From an uncultured Alphaproteobacteria bacterium (GTDB lineage Bacteria > Pseudomonadota > Alphaproteobacteria > CAAHEQ01 > UBA3637): a DNA stretch of 64,000 nucleotides. Each line of letters begins with the position of its first letter. Positions within the stretch are counted from its first letter, which is position 1. Positions 1 through 10,268 of the stretch are shown piece after piece. Position numbers and translations under genes: made by a program. The DNA lies in the NCBI GenBank assembly GCA_937906925.1, contig CALCTR010000041.1, forward strand, positions 27,741-91,740, written 5' to 3'. The notes below the pieces were generated by a model, which was given only the letters and a program-made list of their open reading frames with translations, made no database searches and had not been told where the DNA came from.

Positions 1-188
1 CTTAACCCAAATGTAAACGCATCTCTTATCAAAAATCCGATGAGATTTCTTTTAATCCCTTAATTTATAAGGGCTAAAGATAGATTTTACTAAAATCAAC
101 AGCCATTTTCAGACAAATCTTTTTGTTCTGTTATATAAATACACAATTATTTTCTTTTAAAAGAACCAACCTAAGAAAAAGTAATTAT

Positions 189-216
189 AAAAAAAGTCGC
201 TATAAAGCGACTTTTT
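189..216 (-). terminator. Intrinsic terminator hairpin downstream of trxA (palindromic, usable in both directions)
   Basis: Stem aagtcgct/agcgactt (194-201/206-213) with loop ataa, flanked by an A-run and a T-run. Confidence 0.6.
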
Positions 217-279
217 AAATTTACAATCAGAGGCAACAAATTACTTAGATTGATAAGCCCCTCCTCTTTTTGGTATTTC

Positions 280-594
280 TTAGAGATGACTTTTAATCCA
301 AGAAATAAGTTCAGATTTCAACATTGCCCCATTTTTGCGATCAACAATTTTTCCATCTTTAAATAAGATAAGTGTCGGGATACTTTGAATATCAAACATA
401 TCCGGCGTTTTTGGAGCCTCGTCCACGTCTAATTTATAAATATTGACTTGATCTGCCATTTCATCAGCAACTTCACTTACTATAGGCAACATTTGCCGAC
501 AAGGGCCACACCATGTTGCAAAAAAATCAACTAAAACTAATTTTTCCGATTTCAAAACAGATGCTTCAAAATTTGAATCGTTTACAATTTCCAT
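280..594 (-). CDS. trxA: Thioredoxin
   Basis: 104 aa with the WCGPC active site and typical thioredoxin length and layout. Confidence 0.93.
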   Translation of the reverse strand: MEIVNDSNFEASVLKSEKLVLVDFFATWCGPCRQMLPIVSEVADEMADQVNIYKLDVDEAPKTPDMFDIQSIPTLILFKDGKIVDRKNGAMLKSELISWIKSHL

Positions 595-668
595 TTTATT
601 CTCCTATCTTAGTTATCTTCTTTAAAATAGGGTATATTTCATATCCTGTCAAGCAATTTTTTCTGATT

Positions 669-1499
669 TTAAGAACGTAAATTTTGATCTATACCCAATT
701 TTTTTAAAGCACCAGGTGTACAATTTGATACAAAACTTCGGTGCAACTCCTGCTCTAAGAAAATTTGTTCTTGAATACTTTCTTTGGCGTGTAAAGCTAA
801 ATTCTGACAAGCAGCATTATCTGCATAGATTCTTTGTATTCCAACAGTTTCATATCCATTTGGTTTAATTGAATCAATCCGCTTTTTGATGAACGCACCT
901 AACTCTTCTTTATTAAGGTGAACCAATTTAATCATATCCTGTTGTTTTTTAAACAATGGGCTCAAGCGTCTGATTGACGCATTAGCCGGATGATTTAAAA
1001 ACATATTGTCAGCTAATTTTTTGACATAAAAAACCATCATTTCAGAAGCTGTTTGCCCCATATTATTACACTTTGAAAAATCAACGCCCTTTGATTTAAG
1101 AGCCGCAACAATTTTCTCGTTAACAGGAGAATTAGCAATTAAATAAAATCCGACATGTTCGCCTTTAACATTTGTTTTTGAAAAATCATATCCGGCTTTT
1201 GCCATTTCATCAATAAGTCGTGGGGATAACCGACCATAAGCTGCCAAATAATCACCGATACGATATTGATCCGGATTGTTTTTTAAGTCACCAAGAGGAG
1301 CATTTAAATCACAATGATGTTTTTTTAATAATTGTACCATTTCATAATCAAAATTTGATCTACCGAGCAATAAACGTAGTACTTTAACAACTTCTTGATC
1401 TTCAAGAGGTTGACTGGACTTTCCAAAAACATATTTTATCTCTTGTATTGAACCTTTTCTTAATGCATTTTCTAATTCTTTTTTATCTTTTGATAACAT
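669..1499 (-). CDS. Hypothetical protein with about three degenerate ankyrin-like repeats
   Basis: Repeats of the form helix-helix-'G.DF(S/N)..N..G': 'LLKKHHCDLNAPLGD', 'LIDEMAKAGYDFSKTNVKGEH', 'IVAALKSKGVDFSKCNNMGQT'. No signal peptide. Strong RBS gaggagg. Confidence 0.45.
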   Translation of the reverse strand: MLSKDKKELENALRKGSIQEIKYVFGKSSQPLEDQEVVKVLRLLLGRSNFDYEMVQLLKKHHCDLNAPLGDLKNNPDQYRIGDYLAAYGRLSPRLIDEMAKAGYDFSKTNVKGEHVGFYLIANSPVNEKIVAALKSKGVDFSKCNNMGQTASEMMVFYVKKLADNMFLNHPANASIRRLSPLFKKQQDMIKLVHLNKEELGAFIKKRIDSIKPNGYETVGIQRIYADNAACQNLALHAKESIQEQIFLEQELHRSFVSNCTPGALKKLGIDQNLRS

Positions 1500-1534
1500 T
1501 TTTATTCCTCCTCAAAAATAGAAAAGAAAACTTT

Positions 1535-1564
1535 AGATTAACAAAATATTTGATAAATTGTCAA
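1535..1564 (-). promoter_or_regulatory. Putative sigma70-type promoter for the ankyrin-like gene
   Basis: On the minus strand: TTGACA (1564-1559), 18-nt spacer, TAATCT (1540-1535). Confidence 0.4.
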
Positions 1565-1603
1565 TACTTTTCTTCAAAAATAAAATATATAAAAAACTAT
1601 AAA

Positions 1604-2638
1604 CTAATCTAACGTATCAAGAGGCCATCTGGGTCTTGCTTTAAAATCAAATGAATTTGTTTTACCTTTCAAAAAACGTTCAACACCAGCCCAAGCAATC
1701 ATAACACCATTATCCGTACACAAACCTACAGGAGGAGCTGAAAAAACAAGACCATTCTTATCAGCTAAATTTTGTAGCATCTCTCTAACAGTCATATTGG
1801 CGGCTACCCCCCCTGCAACAACCATATCTTTAGCATCCGGATGCATATTTTTAAACACCTGAATAGCATTTTTTAGCCGATCTTCCATTTGAGCAACAAC
1901 AGCTTTTTGAAATGAGGCACAAATATCTTGTTTATCTCGTTCAGTTATTTCGGGGATCTTTTCAATCGCAACACGTACAGCTGTCTTTAATCCGGAGAAT
2001 GAAAAATCACACCCTACCCGACCCTTCATCGGTACAGGAAATTTAAATCGTCCTGCATCACCTAATAAGGCCTGTTTTTCTACATTAGGCCCTCCCGGAT
2101 AACCAACACCCAACATTTTAGCCACCTTATCAAATGCTTCACCGGCAGAATCATCAATTGTACCACCTAATTTTTTGTATTTGCCGACATCCTCAACAAT
2201 CAATACCTGACAATGTCCCCCTGATGTCAAAAGTAGTAAATAAGGGAACTGAATCGGATTTGTAAGTCTAGCCGTCAATGCATGCCCTTCTAAATGATTA
2301 ATTGCCATAAATGGTAAATCATGAGACAAGGCTATTGTTTTTGCAGTCATAACTCCAACCAAAACTCCACCAATTAAACCCGGTCCACCTGCAACGGCAA
2401 CCCCCGACAAATCAGAAAAACTCTTATTGGTTTTTTGCATTAACTCATTGATAAGTAAATCACATTTTTCCAAATGAGCTCTGGCAGCTATTTCAGGGAC
2501 AACACCGCCAAAACGACGGTGTTCATCATATTGCGACCAAACAATTGACCCTAAAATCTCTTTTTTGTTGTTGACAAGAGCACAAGCTGTTTCATCACAA
2601 CTACTTTCAATCCCCAAAATGATTTTTTCATCATTCAT
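1604..2638 (-). CDS. tsaD: tRNA N6-adenosine threonylcarbamoyltransferase TsaD (Kae1/Gcp family)
   Basis: 'GIESSCDETA' and 'NHLEGH' metal-binding motifs; 344 aa. Confidence 0.93.
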   Translation of the reverse strand: MNDEKIILGIESSCDETACALVNNKKEILGSIVWSQYDEHRRFGGVVPEIAARAHLEKCDLLINELMQKTNKSFSDLSGVAVAGGPGLIGGVLVGVMTAKTIALSHDLPFMAINHLEGHALTARLTNPIQFPYLLLLTSGGHCQVLIVEDVGKYKKLGGTIDDSAGEAFDKVAKMLGVGYPGGPNVEKQALLGDAGRFKFPVPMKGRVGCDFSFSGLKTAVRVAIEKIPEITERDKQDICASFQKAVVAQMEDRLKNAIQVFKNMHPDAKDMVVAGGVAANMTVREMLQNLADKNGLVFSAPPVGLCTDNGVMIAWAGVERFLKGKTNSFDFKARPRWPLDTLD

Positions 2639-3035
2639 TTTTCTTTTCCTTTATTTTTTTTAAATCTATTCTTACTGTTCCACCCGCATTTATCCAGCTA
2701 TAAGAACGAATTTTATCTTTAAAAACAGGTGTATCAAACCAATATTCAATTTCATTTTTTATCTTTCCGTCTGAATAAAGCCCCTTCCCTGTAATAATTG
2801 AAATATTTTTTGATCCCATTAAAAAATGAACCGTAACAAATTTCAAAACACAGTCATAGGCTTCTTGTAAGGTCAAACCGTGTAAATCAACAATGTGTTG
2901 TATAATCCTGACGGGTCTTGGTTTTATTCGCAATCTTTTAATCGGTTCCAAAGAATGATGTGGTTCCTTTTTTAAAGGCGAAACCGATTGTATAAAACCT
3001 TCCCACGTTTCTAAATCTTCCTTCGTAACACTCAT
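2631..3035 (-). CDS. Smr-domain protein
   Basis: 'VDLHGLTLQEA' Smr signature. The mltA-smr position is conserved in alphaproteobacteria. Confidence 0.75.
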   Translation of the reverse strand: MSVTKEDLETWEGFIQSVSPLKKEPHHSLEPIKRLRIKPRPVRIIQHIVDLHGLTLQEAYDCVLKFVTVHFLMGSKNISIITGKGLYSDGKIKNEIEYWFDTPVFKDKIRSYSWINAGGTVRIDLKKIKEKKNE

Positions 3036-3036
3036 A

Positions 3037-4062
3037 TCAGTCTTTCGGTAACAGCAAATAATAAGAACCCTGACTTTTCATCCTACCGGCTTTTGAAAAG
3101 GCTAATTCCCCATGTCCCCAAAAAAAGTCGGCCCTAATTCCACCTTGAATAGCACTACCGATATCTTGTGCAACAACCAGACGCTGTAACTTTACTCCAT
3201 CCGGATCTTTGGTATTAAGCCACATAGGCGTATGCATCGGAATAAAACTTTTATCAACGGCAACAGAACGCATCGGAGTTAAAACAACACCACCGGCTCC
3301 AAAAGGCGAATCGCCCTTATTTTCTTTAAAGAAGATATAACGCGGATTTTGAGACATAATTTTTCTAGCTTTTTTGGGATGTTCCTGCAACCATTTTTTC
3401 ATCGCAGGCATAGAATAAAGCGTGGGAGCCCCATTCTCTTTTAATAATGTACCTAATCCTTTAAATTCTCTAGAATTACTACCGGCAAATCCTAATTTGA
3501 TTTCACCATCCGGTGTTATTAAGCGACCAGAGCCTTGCACATGCAAAATAAACAACTCTACAGGATCATTTGCCCAAGCGATAATCGGAGCATCTATCCC
3601 ATCTTCTTCTATATCCTCACGCTTAGGATATTTTTTACCATTTTTATATCCCTCCGGCAATCCATAAATAGGCACTTGTGTTTCACTTATCTGATAGCGA
3701 GTGCCGGTTAGTTCAGCTTCGTAATAACCCGTAATTGTACCCGTTTTAGAACCGTATGAAACAACTTGATATGGGCGAAGCGTACTTTCTATATACCTTT
3801 TAATTTCTGCAGACGAAGCCCCATTGTACTTTGGAAGAGAACGGCAAAATCTCAAAAACATTGGTGTTGGTGTTTTGCATGACTTCATTAAGCTCGGCAT
3901 TGCCAATGATAAATCATCATTTTCCCATCCGGGTAAACCATCAAATGAAAGCTGTTTAAGTTTAAATGCACGTCCTTGCGAAAGTGAATGCGTAGATGTA
4001 CACCCAGCTACTATTAATGAGAGAATACAAACAACGCTACCAAGTAACTTATTCTTAACCAT
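3037..4062 (-). CDS. mltA: Membrane-bound lytic murein transglycosylase A, lipoprotein
   Basis: Start moved to M42 of the ORF-track protein ('MVKNKLLGSVVCILSLIVAGC', lipobox). C-terminal 3D-domain motif 'DIGSAIQGGIRADFFWGHG'. Confidence 0.85.
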   Translation of the reverse strand: MVKNKLLGSVVCILSLIVAGCTSTHSLSQGRAFKLKQLSFDGLPGWENDDLSLAMPSLMKSCKTPTPMFLRFCRSLPKYNGASSAEIKRYIESTLRPYQVVSYGSKTGTITGYYEAELTGTRYQISETQVPIYGLPEGYKNGKKYPKREDIEEDGIDAPIIAWANDPVELFILHVQGSGRLITPDGEIKLGFAGSNSREFKGLGTLLKENGAPTLYSMPAMKKWLQEHPKKARKIMSQNPRYIFFKENKGDSPFGAGGVVLTPMRSVAVDKSFIPMHTPMWLNTKDPDGVKLQRLVVAQDIGSAIQGGIRADFFWGHGELAFSKAGRMKSQGSYYLLLPKD

Positions 4063-4651
4063 AAACAGCTCCGCTTTTTGTTGCACTAACGACCCATTTT
4101 GACCGACCTTTTTTTCTAAAAGTCCATGTATCCGTAACGGTAGCAACCGACATTTCATCACCTTCAATAACCTTTCCCTCAGCATCCTTTAAAAGGTTGA
4201 TTTGTTCCGTAACAAACTGTACCGTTATTTCTTCTTTTTGAATGGATTTATTTAAGATTTTAACCGAATCAAAACAAATTAAAGAAAAATCAACCGAATG
4301 ATTATTTTCTTTACGCTTATTGATTTCAGCTTCAAAAGCTGAATAAATTTCAGGCACCAAGAGATTCTTAAGTTTTGCCACATCTCCTTTTGAAAAAGCT
4401 TCAACCACTATTTGAAAAGCCATCTTAGCATTGGCCAAAAATGTTTCTTCGCTGTATTCTTTCTTTGATTTATTGGAATTATCAATGAATTTCATTTCAA
4501 TAACTTCACCTGTTTGTTCCGAAATAAATCTGATTTTTTGCGGAAGCTTGGATGACTTTTTCTTTGTGGACACAGGTTTATCCGTATACTTAAATAACAT
4601 ATAACATAAAACCAAAACAATACCGGTCAAAATAATATTTTCAAAAGACAT
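4055..4651 (-). CDS. Tim44-like domain membrane protein
   Basis: N-terminal TM helix plus a C-terminal domain ('FLANAKMAFQIVVEAFSKGD...TDTWTFRK') typical of the alphaproteobacterial Tim44-like family. Divergent from secB, as in other alphaproteobacteria. Confidence 0.75.
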   Translation of the reverse strand: MSFENIILTGIVLVLCYMLFKYTDKPVSTKKKSSKLPQKIRFISEQTGEVIEMKFIDNSNKSKKEYSEETFLANAKMAFQIVVEAFSKGDVAKLKNLLVPEIYSAFEAEINKRKENNHSVDFSLICFDSVKILNKSIQKEEITVQFVTEQINLLKDAEGKVIEGDEMSVATVTDTWTFRKKGRSKWVVSATKSGAVYG

Positions 4652-4745
4652 GTCATATTTTCCTTTACATCTAAAAAAAAGAGCTGTATAAACTTTTTTG
4701 TAATATAACTCTAATTTGACTTTTTTTTCAAGAGGATTTTTAAAA

Positions 4746-5219
4746 ATGACAGAAAATGCAAATCAAAATATTCCAAACATCCAAGTAAATGCTCAATATA
4801 TCAAAGATTTATCTTTTGAAGCACCGGCCATGCCTCAAATCTTAACAGAGGTTACAACAGCTCCGGCTATCAGTGTCAACGTTGATATTCAGGTAAATAA
4901 AACGAATCAGGAAAATGTTTTTACGGTTGAATTAAATGTTAAAGCTGCCGCACAAACAAGTGATACAAAAAAAGCTTTATTTATCTGTGAATTAACATAC
5001 GGTGCTTTAGTTACATTAAACGTTCCGAATGAACATGTAGAGCCTGTTTTATTGGTAGAAGTTCCACATTTGTTGTTCCCATATGCAAGAGCCATTATTG
5101 CCAATACAACAAGAGAAGCAGGCATTCCACCATTACAAATTAATCCTATTGATTTTGCAGGACTTTATCAAGCTAAAATCCAACAACTTCAAGAGCAAGC
5201 TAAAAAAGAAGGAAAATAA
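4746..5219 (+). CDS. secB: Protein-export chaperone SecB
   Basis: Start at 'MTENANQ' preceded by RBS aagagga. Contains 'LLFPYARAIIANTTREAGIPPLQINPIDF'. Confidence 0.9.
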   Translation: MTENANQNIPNIQVNAQYIKDLSFEAPAMPQILTEVTTAPAISVNVDIQVNKTNQENVFTVELNVKAAAQTSDTKKALFICELTYGALVTLNVPNEHVEPVLLVEVPHLLFPYARAIIANTTREAGIPPLQINPIDFAGLYQAKIQQLQEQAKKEGK

Positions 5220-5236
5220 AAATTTTTTCAACATAA

Positions 5237-5272
5237 AAAAGACAAAAAAGATTGCTTTTTTGTCTTTTTTTG
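5237..5272 (+). terminator. Intrinsic terminator after secB
   Basis: Stem aagacaaaaaag/cttttttgtctt with loop attg, followed by a T-run. Confidence 0.65.
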
Positions 5273-5311
5273 TTTTATGATGACACAAGCAAAACGATAA
5301 GAGAATATGAA

Positions 5312-5725
5312 ATGATAAAATTACGGTCAAAAAGTGAAACAGATACCCTTAAAATCGCAAGTGATTTGGCAAAAAAAGTTACTCCCGGCACCATTATTGC
5401 TTTATATGGAACACTGGGAGCCGGTAAAAGTGCCTTTTGCCGTGGATTTATTCAATCATTGTGTCAGACAGAGGATGTTCCCAGTCCTACATTTACTTTA
5501 TTACAGACCTATGAAACACCCTCTTTTGAAATCTATCACTTTGACATGTATCGGTTAAAAAAGCCGGAAGAAGCCTTTGAACTTGGGATAGAAGATGCTT
5601 TTATTGATGGTGTTTCACTCATAGAGTGGCCAGAAAAAATCGGCTCGCTTTTACCAAAAAATGCCATTCGTATCACGATTGAGATACAACAAGATCAATC
5701 CCGTTTAATTACTATAGAGGAGTAA
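5312..5725 (+). CDS. tsaE: tRNA threonylcarbamoyladenosine biosynthesis ATPase TsaE
   Basis: Start at 'MIKLRSK'. Walker A 'GTLGAGKS', plus 'PSPTFTL' and 'HFDMYRL'. Confidence 0.88.
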   Translation: MIKLRSKSETDTLKIASDLAKKVTPGTIIALYGTLGAGKSAFCRGFIQSLCQTEDVPSPTFTLLQTYETPSFEIYHFDMYRLKKPEEAFELGIEDAFIDGVSLIEWPEKIGSLLPKNAIRITIEIQQDQSRLITIEE

Positions 5726-5730
5726 AAATT

Positions 5731-6726
5731 ATGTCTGTTCAACAAAACGAAGCTTTAGATTTATTTTTAAAAACAGCCGGATGGCATACTGCTCAAAAAA
5801 GTCTACTTGCCCATGACGCCTCTTTTAGATGGTATGATCGGCTTGAAAAAACAACTGGTGAAACCATGGTGTTAATGAACGCCCCTATTCCAATGGGAAA
5901 TCCGGCTCAATTTGTTTTTGTTGACGAACTACTGGAAAGCATCGGATTAAAAGTACCCCATATCTTTCATAGAGATTTAAATAATGGTTTTTTACTTTTA
6001 GAGGATTTTGGAGATAATACATTTACCCGCTTAATTAACAAAGGCCATGATGAAAAAGACTTATATACAAAAGCTGTTAAAGCACTTGTCCATTTACAAA
6101 AAAATTTCAAACAAAATCAAGGTCTTAAAGAATACGACTGGGATTTAATGTTTTTTGAAGCTTCGTTATTACCGCTTTGGTATATTAAATATGTTGTAAA
6201 AAAAGAATTAACCAATGAGGACATGATTGAGTTTGAAAATATATGGAAAAATCTGTATCAAAAAATCACTCAGGTTCCTAATACTCTTGTTTTATTAGAC
6301 TACCATGTTGACAATCTTATGATTACAAAATCAGGAGATTGCGGTCTTTTAGATTTTCAAGATGCCCGATTTGGACCTGTTACATATGATTTAGTTTCAC
6401 TTTTAGAAGATGCCAGACGACCCGTACCATCTTATATACAAGAAGAAATGCTTAAACTTTATTTTGATGAATTGCCTGAATTTAACACACCTGCATTTAA
6501 AGAAGCTTATCCTCTCATGGCCGTACAAAGACATACAAAAGTTATCGGCATTTTTGTGCGTTTATACGCTAGAGACCATAAAGACCGCTACCTAAAACAC
6601 ATACCATTTGTCTGGTCGTTGTTGGAGAAACATTTGAATAATCCTCTTCTAAAAGAATATAAAGAGTGGTTAGATAAACACGTTCCTACCGCCGTTAGAA
6701 GAAAAGTTCCTTTTGAAAGGGTTTAA
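5731..6726 (+). CDS. amgK: Aminoglycoside-phosphotransferase-fold kinase, AmgK-like (anomeric MurNAc/GlcNAc kinase)
   Basis: Kinase motifs 'LDYHVDNLM' and 'LLDFQDA'. Sits directly upstream of a MurU-like nucleotidyltransferase. Confidence 0.6.
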   Translation: MSVQQNEALDLFLKTAGWHTAQKSLLAHDASFRWYDRLEKTTGETMVLMNAPIPMGNPAQFVFVDELLESIGLKVPHIFHRDLNNGFLLLEDFGDNTFTRLINKGHDEKDLYTKAVKALVHLQKNFKQNQGLKEYDWDLMFFEASLLPLWYIKYVVKKELTNEDMIEFENIWKNLYQKITQVPNTLVLLDYHVDNLMITKSGDCGLLDFQDARFGPVTYDLVSLLEDARRPVPSYIQEEMLKLYFDELPEFNTPAFKEAYPLMAVQRHTKVIGIFVRLYARDHKDRYLKHIPFVWSLLEKHLNNPLLKEYKEWLDKHVPTAVRRKVPFERV

Positions 6727-6728
6727 AA

Positions 6729-7457
6729 ATGCCTCATATAACAACGGCGATGATACTAGCTGCCGGTCGTGGAAGCAGAATGCAACATTTAACTGATGAT
6801 AAACCTAAACCATTGATTCAAATCTTAGGGACAAGTTTGCTTTCTCATATTATTAAAAAAGTAGCAGCCTATCCGACTAAAAATATTGTCATTAACACCT
6901 GTTATAAAGGAACTATGATTGAAAAAGAGGCTTTAACACATGCAGATATTCATTTTCTTTTTTCTAGAGAAGAAATGGCTTTAGAAACCGGTGGTGGTGT
7001 TAAAAAAGCTTTACCGCTCTTGTTAAAAAATGGTGGCTCTAACGGTTTTTTTGTTTTAAATGCCGATCCTTTTTGGCAAGAACCTACTATCCCCTTATTG
7101 GAACAATTATCTAAAAAGTGGGATCCCCAAACGATGGATATTTTGCTTGCAGTTGTTCCCATAGAAAAGGCGTTTGGAGATGCTTCAAACGGTAATTATT
7201 TTATTGAAGAGGGAAAACTCAGACGTAAACGTCCTGACGAGAAAAATGTACCCTTCCTTTTTATGGGCGTTCAAATTTTGCATCCCAGAATTTTTAAAAA
7301 AGAACTACCGGATTTCTTCAGTCTAAGAGATTTATATGATGAAGCACAAGAAAAAGGCAGATTGAGTCATATTATTTTTGATGGAAATTGGTTTCATGTC
7401 GGCACACCCGACGCTGTTGCGGAAACAGAACGCATTCTATTAAGAGAAAACGGATGA
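6729..7457 (+). CDS. murU: Sugar-1-phosphate nucleotidyltransferase, MurU-like
   Basis: N-terminal 'AMILAAGRGSRM' nucleotidyltransferase motif; 242 aa; paired with the AmgK-like kinase. Confidence 0.6.
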   Translation: MPHITTAMILAAGRGSRMQHLTDDKPKPLIQILGTSLLSHIIKKVAAYPTKNIVINTCYKGTMIEKEALTHADIHFLFSREEMALETGGGVKKALPLLLKNGGSNGFFVLNADPFWQEPTIPLLEQLSKKWDPQTMDILLAVVPIEKAFGDASNGNYFIEEGKLRRKRPDEKNVPFLFMGVQILHPRIFKKELPDFFSLRDLYDEAQEKGRLSHIIFDGNWFHVGTPDAVAETERILLRENG

Positions 7458-10267
7458 TATATACGGTTAATTTAACAGATAATTTTGCTCAAAAAATAGT
7501 TGACTTTATTTTAGATAAATCATCTTCACCACTTGATATTGCACAAATGCAGGTTATCTTACCAACCAAACGAGCTGTCAAAACGGTTAAAGAGACTTTT
7601 TTAAAACAAGCAGAAAATACCCCTCTTTTATTACCCAAATTAACAGCCCTTTATGATTTGGATGTACTGGAAGAAAACATCAAACCGGCAATGTCTTATA
7701 TTGAAAGATTGATACTTTTGACTAGATTATGCCAGAAAAAGCCAAATGTAGATACAATGGATCAAGCTCTGACCATTGCACTCAGCCTCAGCTCTTTATT
7801 AGACGAGTTTTATCAATATGAAACCTCATTTGATGATTTAGAAAAGATTGTACCGGATTTAGATTTGGCAGAACATTGGAATAAAACCATTGTTTTTTTG
7901 GATATTATCCGAAAAGTTTGGCCTGCTCTTTTAAACGAAAGAGGATTAATTGATGAACAAGACCGAAAAATTAAACTTATTAACGCTTTTACAAACAAAA
8001 TAAAACAAAATCCGCCCTCTCATCAAATTATTATGGCTGGTTTTGATGGAGCTATACCAGCCGTTTCAAATCTAATCAATGAATTAAATAAACTGGATAA
8101 TACGCTTATTTTATTGCAAGGGTTAAACAATGAATTAACAGATGAAGATTTAAAATATATTGATGAGAATCATTATCAATATAACTTTAAAAAATTATTA
8201 AAAACGCTTAAAATGTTCCCACCTGAGATACAAAATTTGTCTGATGAATTAGTACTGCGTGAAGAACTCATAACTGAAGCACTCCGCCCAGCCGAACAGG
8301 TAGAAGAATGGCGAACACTTAATTTTTCTGAAAATGTTTTAAATAACATTACACGTATTGATTGTGAAAGTATCAATGAAGAAGCCTTAGCCATTGCACT
8401 TATCTTAAGAGAAACACTTGAAACACCAAAAAAAACCGCTGCACTCATAACAAATGACAGAATGTTAGCCCGACGAGTTATTCTGGAAATGAAACGTTGG
8501 GGAATTGAATTAGACGATTCAGCCGGTACTCCCTTACACCATACACCTGTCGGGGTTTATTTATCTCTAATTGCTGAAATTGGAAAGGAAAGAACCTCTC
8601 AATCTCTTTGGCTCGCTTTATTAAAACATCCGCTCAGTGCTGATTTGATGATGCCAAATGAATTGCGTCTTCTAATTAAGCAACAAGAAAAAGAGGCAAG
8701 AGAAAAACAAGTACCTTTAAATTTATCTCTTCATACTGATTTTAAACGGTTTTTATCTTTTTTTGAAACGAATGAACCTGTAGAATTTAATCAAATTTTA
8801 GAAGAACATCTTAAAATTGCACAAGAATTAGCAACCAGCCAAGACAGAACAGGTGAAGAGCGTCTTTGGCAATCTGAGGCCGGACAAGAAGCTTATAACC
8901 TATTTATTAAGTTGAAAGAATTCGGATCATTGTTCGGTGCTGTTTCTCCGGCTGATTATCCCAATATGATTAATATATTTTTATCTAAAATCAATGTCCG
9001 TTCCCGCTATGGTATGCACAACCGACTGGATATTTTAGGACCGATTGAAGCCAGATTAACACATCCGGATGTTTGTATTATAGCCGGATTAAATGAAGGA
9101 TCTTTTCCAATTCTTTCAGATACAGGCCCTTGGTTATCAAGGCAAATGCGAAAAGCATTAAAACTACCGGCATTAGAAAATAAAATTGCAACACAAAGCA
9201 TGGATTTTGCTCATTGTTTTTCAAGTCCTGAAGTTTATTTAACTCGTTCTGTTAAATCAGAGGGGTCTCAAACCATCCCTTCGCGTTTTATTTCAAGACT
9301 GGAAGCTGTTTTAAATGCCAGCCAAATTCAGTGGCCAATTAAAAATCCTGATTATGCGAGATTACTTGATAAATCTGAAGTATTTGAACAAGTAACACGC
9401 CCTGCTCCCACACCTCCTGTTGAAACAAGACCAACAAAACTCTCAGTCACCAACATTGAATTGTTAATGAAAAATCCTTATGCCATTTATGCAAAATATA
9501 TTTTAAAACTTTTACCGCTTAAAGATATAGATGATATTCAGGAAAATCTTTTGTACGGCTCCTGTTTGCATCAGGCGTTGGAATTGTTTTTTAAAGAAAG
9601 ACCTTTTTCATCAGATGCTGACTGGCTTAAAGAAAAAACAATCTCTTTACTAAAAGAAAATAATTTTCCACAAAGTGCTCTCCCCCTTTACGAAGAAAAA
9701 ATATCAAAAATTGCTGATTTCGTCATTCGTGAGCAAGTTGATAGAAAACCATTAACACATCAAATTTTGATTGAACAAAAAGGTGAAATATCTTTTTTAC
9801 TTAAAGATGGATCTTTATTTACCTTAACGGGAAAAGCTGACCGTATAGATGATTTAAATAACAATACATTTGAAATCATTGATTATAAAACAGGTACCTT
9901 ACCCACCGGCAATGAAATTGAATCCGGACTGTCGCCACAAATGACATTGGAAGCCGTTATTTTAAGGGAAAAAGGATTTGAAGGGTTAAAAGCGACTAAA
10001 GATATTAAACTAAATTATTGGCGGTTAAATGGTAAACGTTCGGGTGGAGAAATTATCCCCATACCGTCAAAATCAGCCAAAAAAGATGTTTCCGCCTTAA
10101 TTGATGAAGCCTATACAGGTGTTCAAGAAATACTTAATAAATATCGTGATAAAACAACACCTTATACAGCATCTCCCAGACCTGATAAAATAAAATTTAA
10201 TGATTACGCACTGCTCAGTCGTGAAAAAGAATGGCTCAATGAAGAAGACTTAGAGGATGAGGGGTAA
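7454..10267 (+). CDS. addB: Double-strand break repair protein AddB (alphaproteobacterial type)
   Basis: Start at 'MIYTVNL', an ATGA overlap with the murU stop. C-terminal RecB-type nuclease motif 'GKADRIDD...FEIIDYKTG'. Lies upstream of addA. Confidence 0.85.
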   Translation: MIYTVNLTDNFAQKIVDFILDKSSSPLDIAQMQVILPTKRAVKTVKETFLKQAENTPLLLPKLTALYDLDVLEENIKPAMSYIERLILLTRLCQKKPNVDTMDQALTIALSLSSLLDEFYQYETSFDDLEKIVPDLDLAEHWNKTIVFLDIIRKVWPALLNERGLIDEQDRKIKLINAFTNKIKQNPPSHQIIMAGFDGAIPAVSNLINELNKLDNTLILLQGLNNELTDEDLKYIDENHYQYNFKKLLKTLKMFPPEIQNLSDELVLREELITEALRPAEQVEEWRTLNFSENVLNNITRIDCESINEEALAIALILRETLETPKKTAALITNDRMLARRVILEMKRWGIELDDSAGTPLHHTPVGVYLSLIAEIGKERTSQSLWLALLKHPLSADLMMPNELRLLIKQQEKEAREKQVPLNLSLHTDFKRFLSFFETNEPVEFNQILEEHLKIAQELATSQDRTGEERLWQSEAGQEAYNLFIKLKEFGSLFGAVSPADYPNMINIFLSKINVRSRYGMHNRLDILGPIEARLTHPDVCIIAGLNEGSFPILSDTGPWLSRQMRKALKLPALENKIATQSMDFAHCFSSPEVYLTRSVKSEGSQTIPSRFISRLEAVLNASQIQWPIKNPDYARLLDKSEVFEQVTRPAPTPPVETRPTKLSVTNIELLMKNPYAIYAKYILKLLPLKDIDDIQENLLYGSCLHQALELFFKERPFSSDADWLKEKTISLLKENNFPQSALPLYEEKISKIADFVIREQVDRKPLTHQILIEQKGEISFLLKDGSLFTLTGKADRIDDLNNNTFEIIDYKTGTLPTGNEIESGLSPQMTLEAVILREKGFEGLKATKDIKLNYWRLNGKRSGGEIIPIPSKSAKKDVSALIDEAYTGVQEILNKYRDKTTPYTASPRPDKIKFNDYALLSREKEWLNEEDLEDEG

Positions 10268-10268
10268 A

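Noticed and set aside
1-63. Open frame ending at TAA 61-63, possibly the 3' end of an upstream plus-strand gene
   Set aside because: Only 20 codons are visible and there is no motif, so it cannot be supported.
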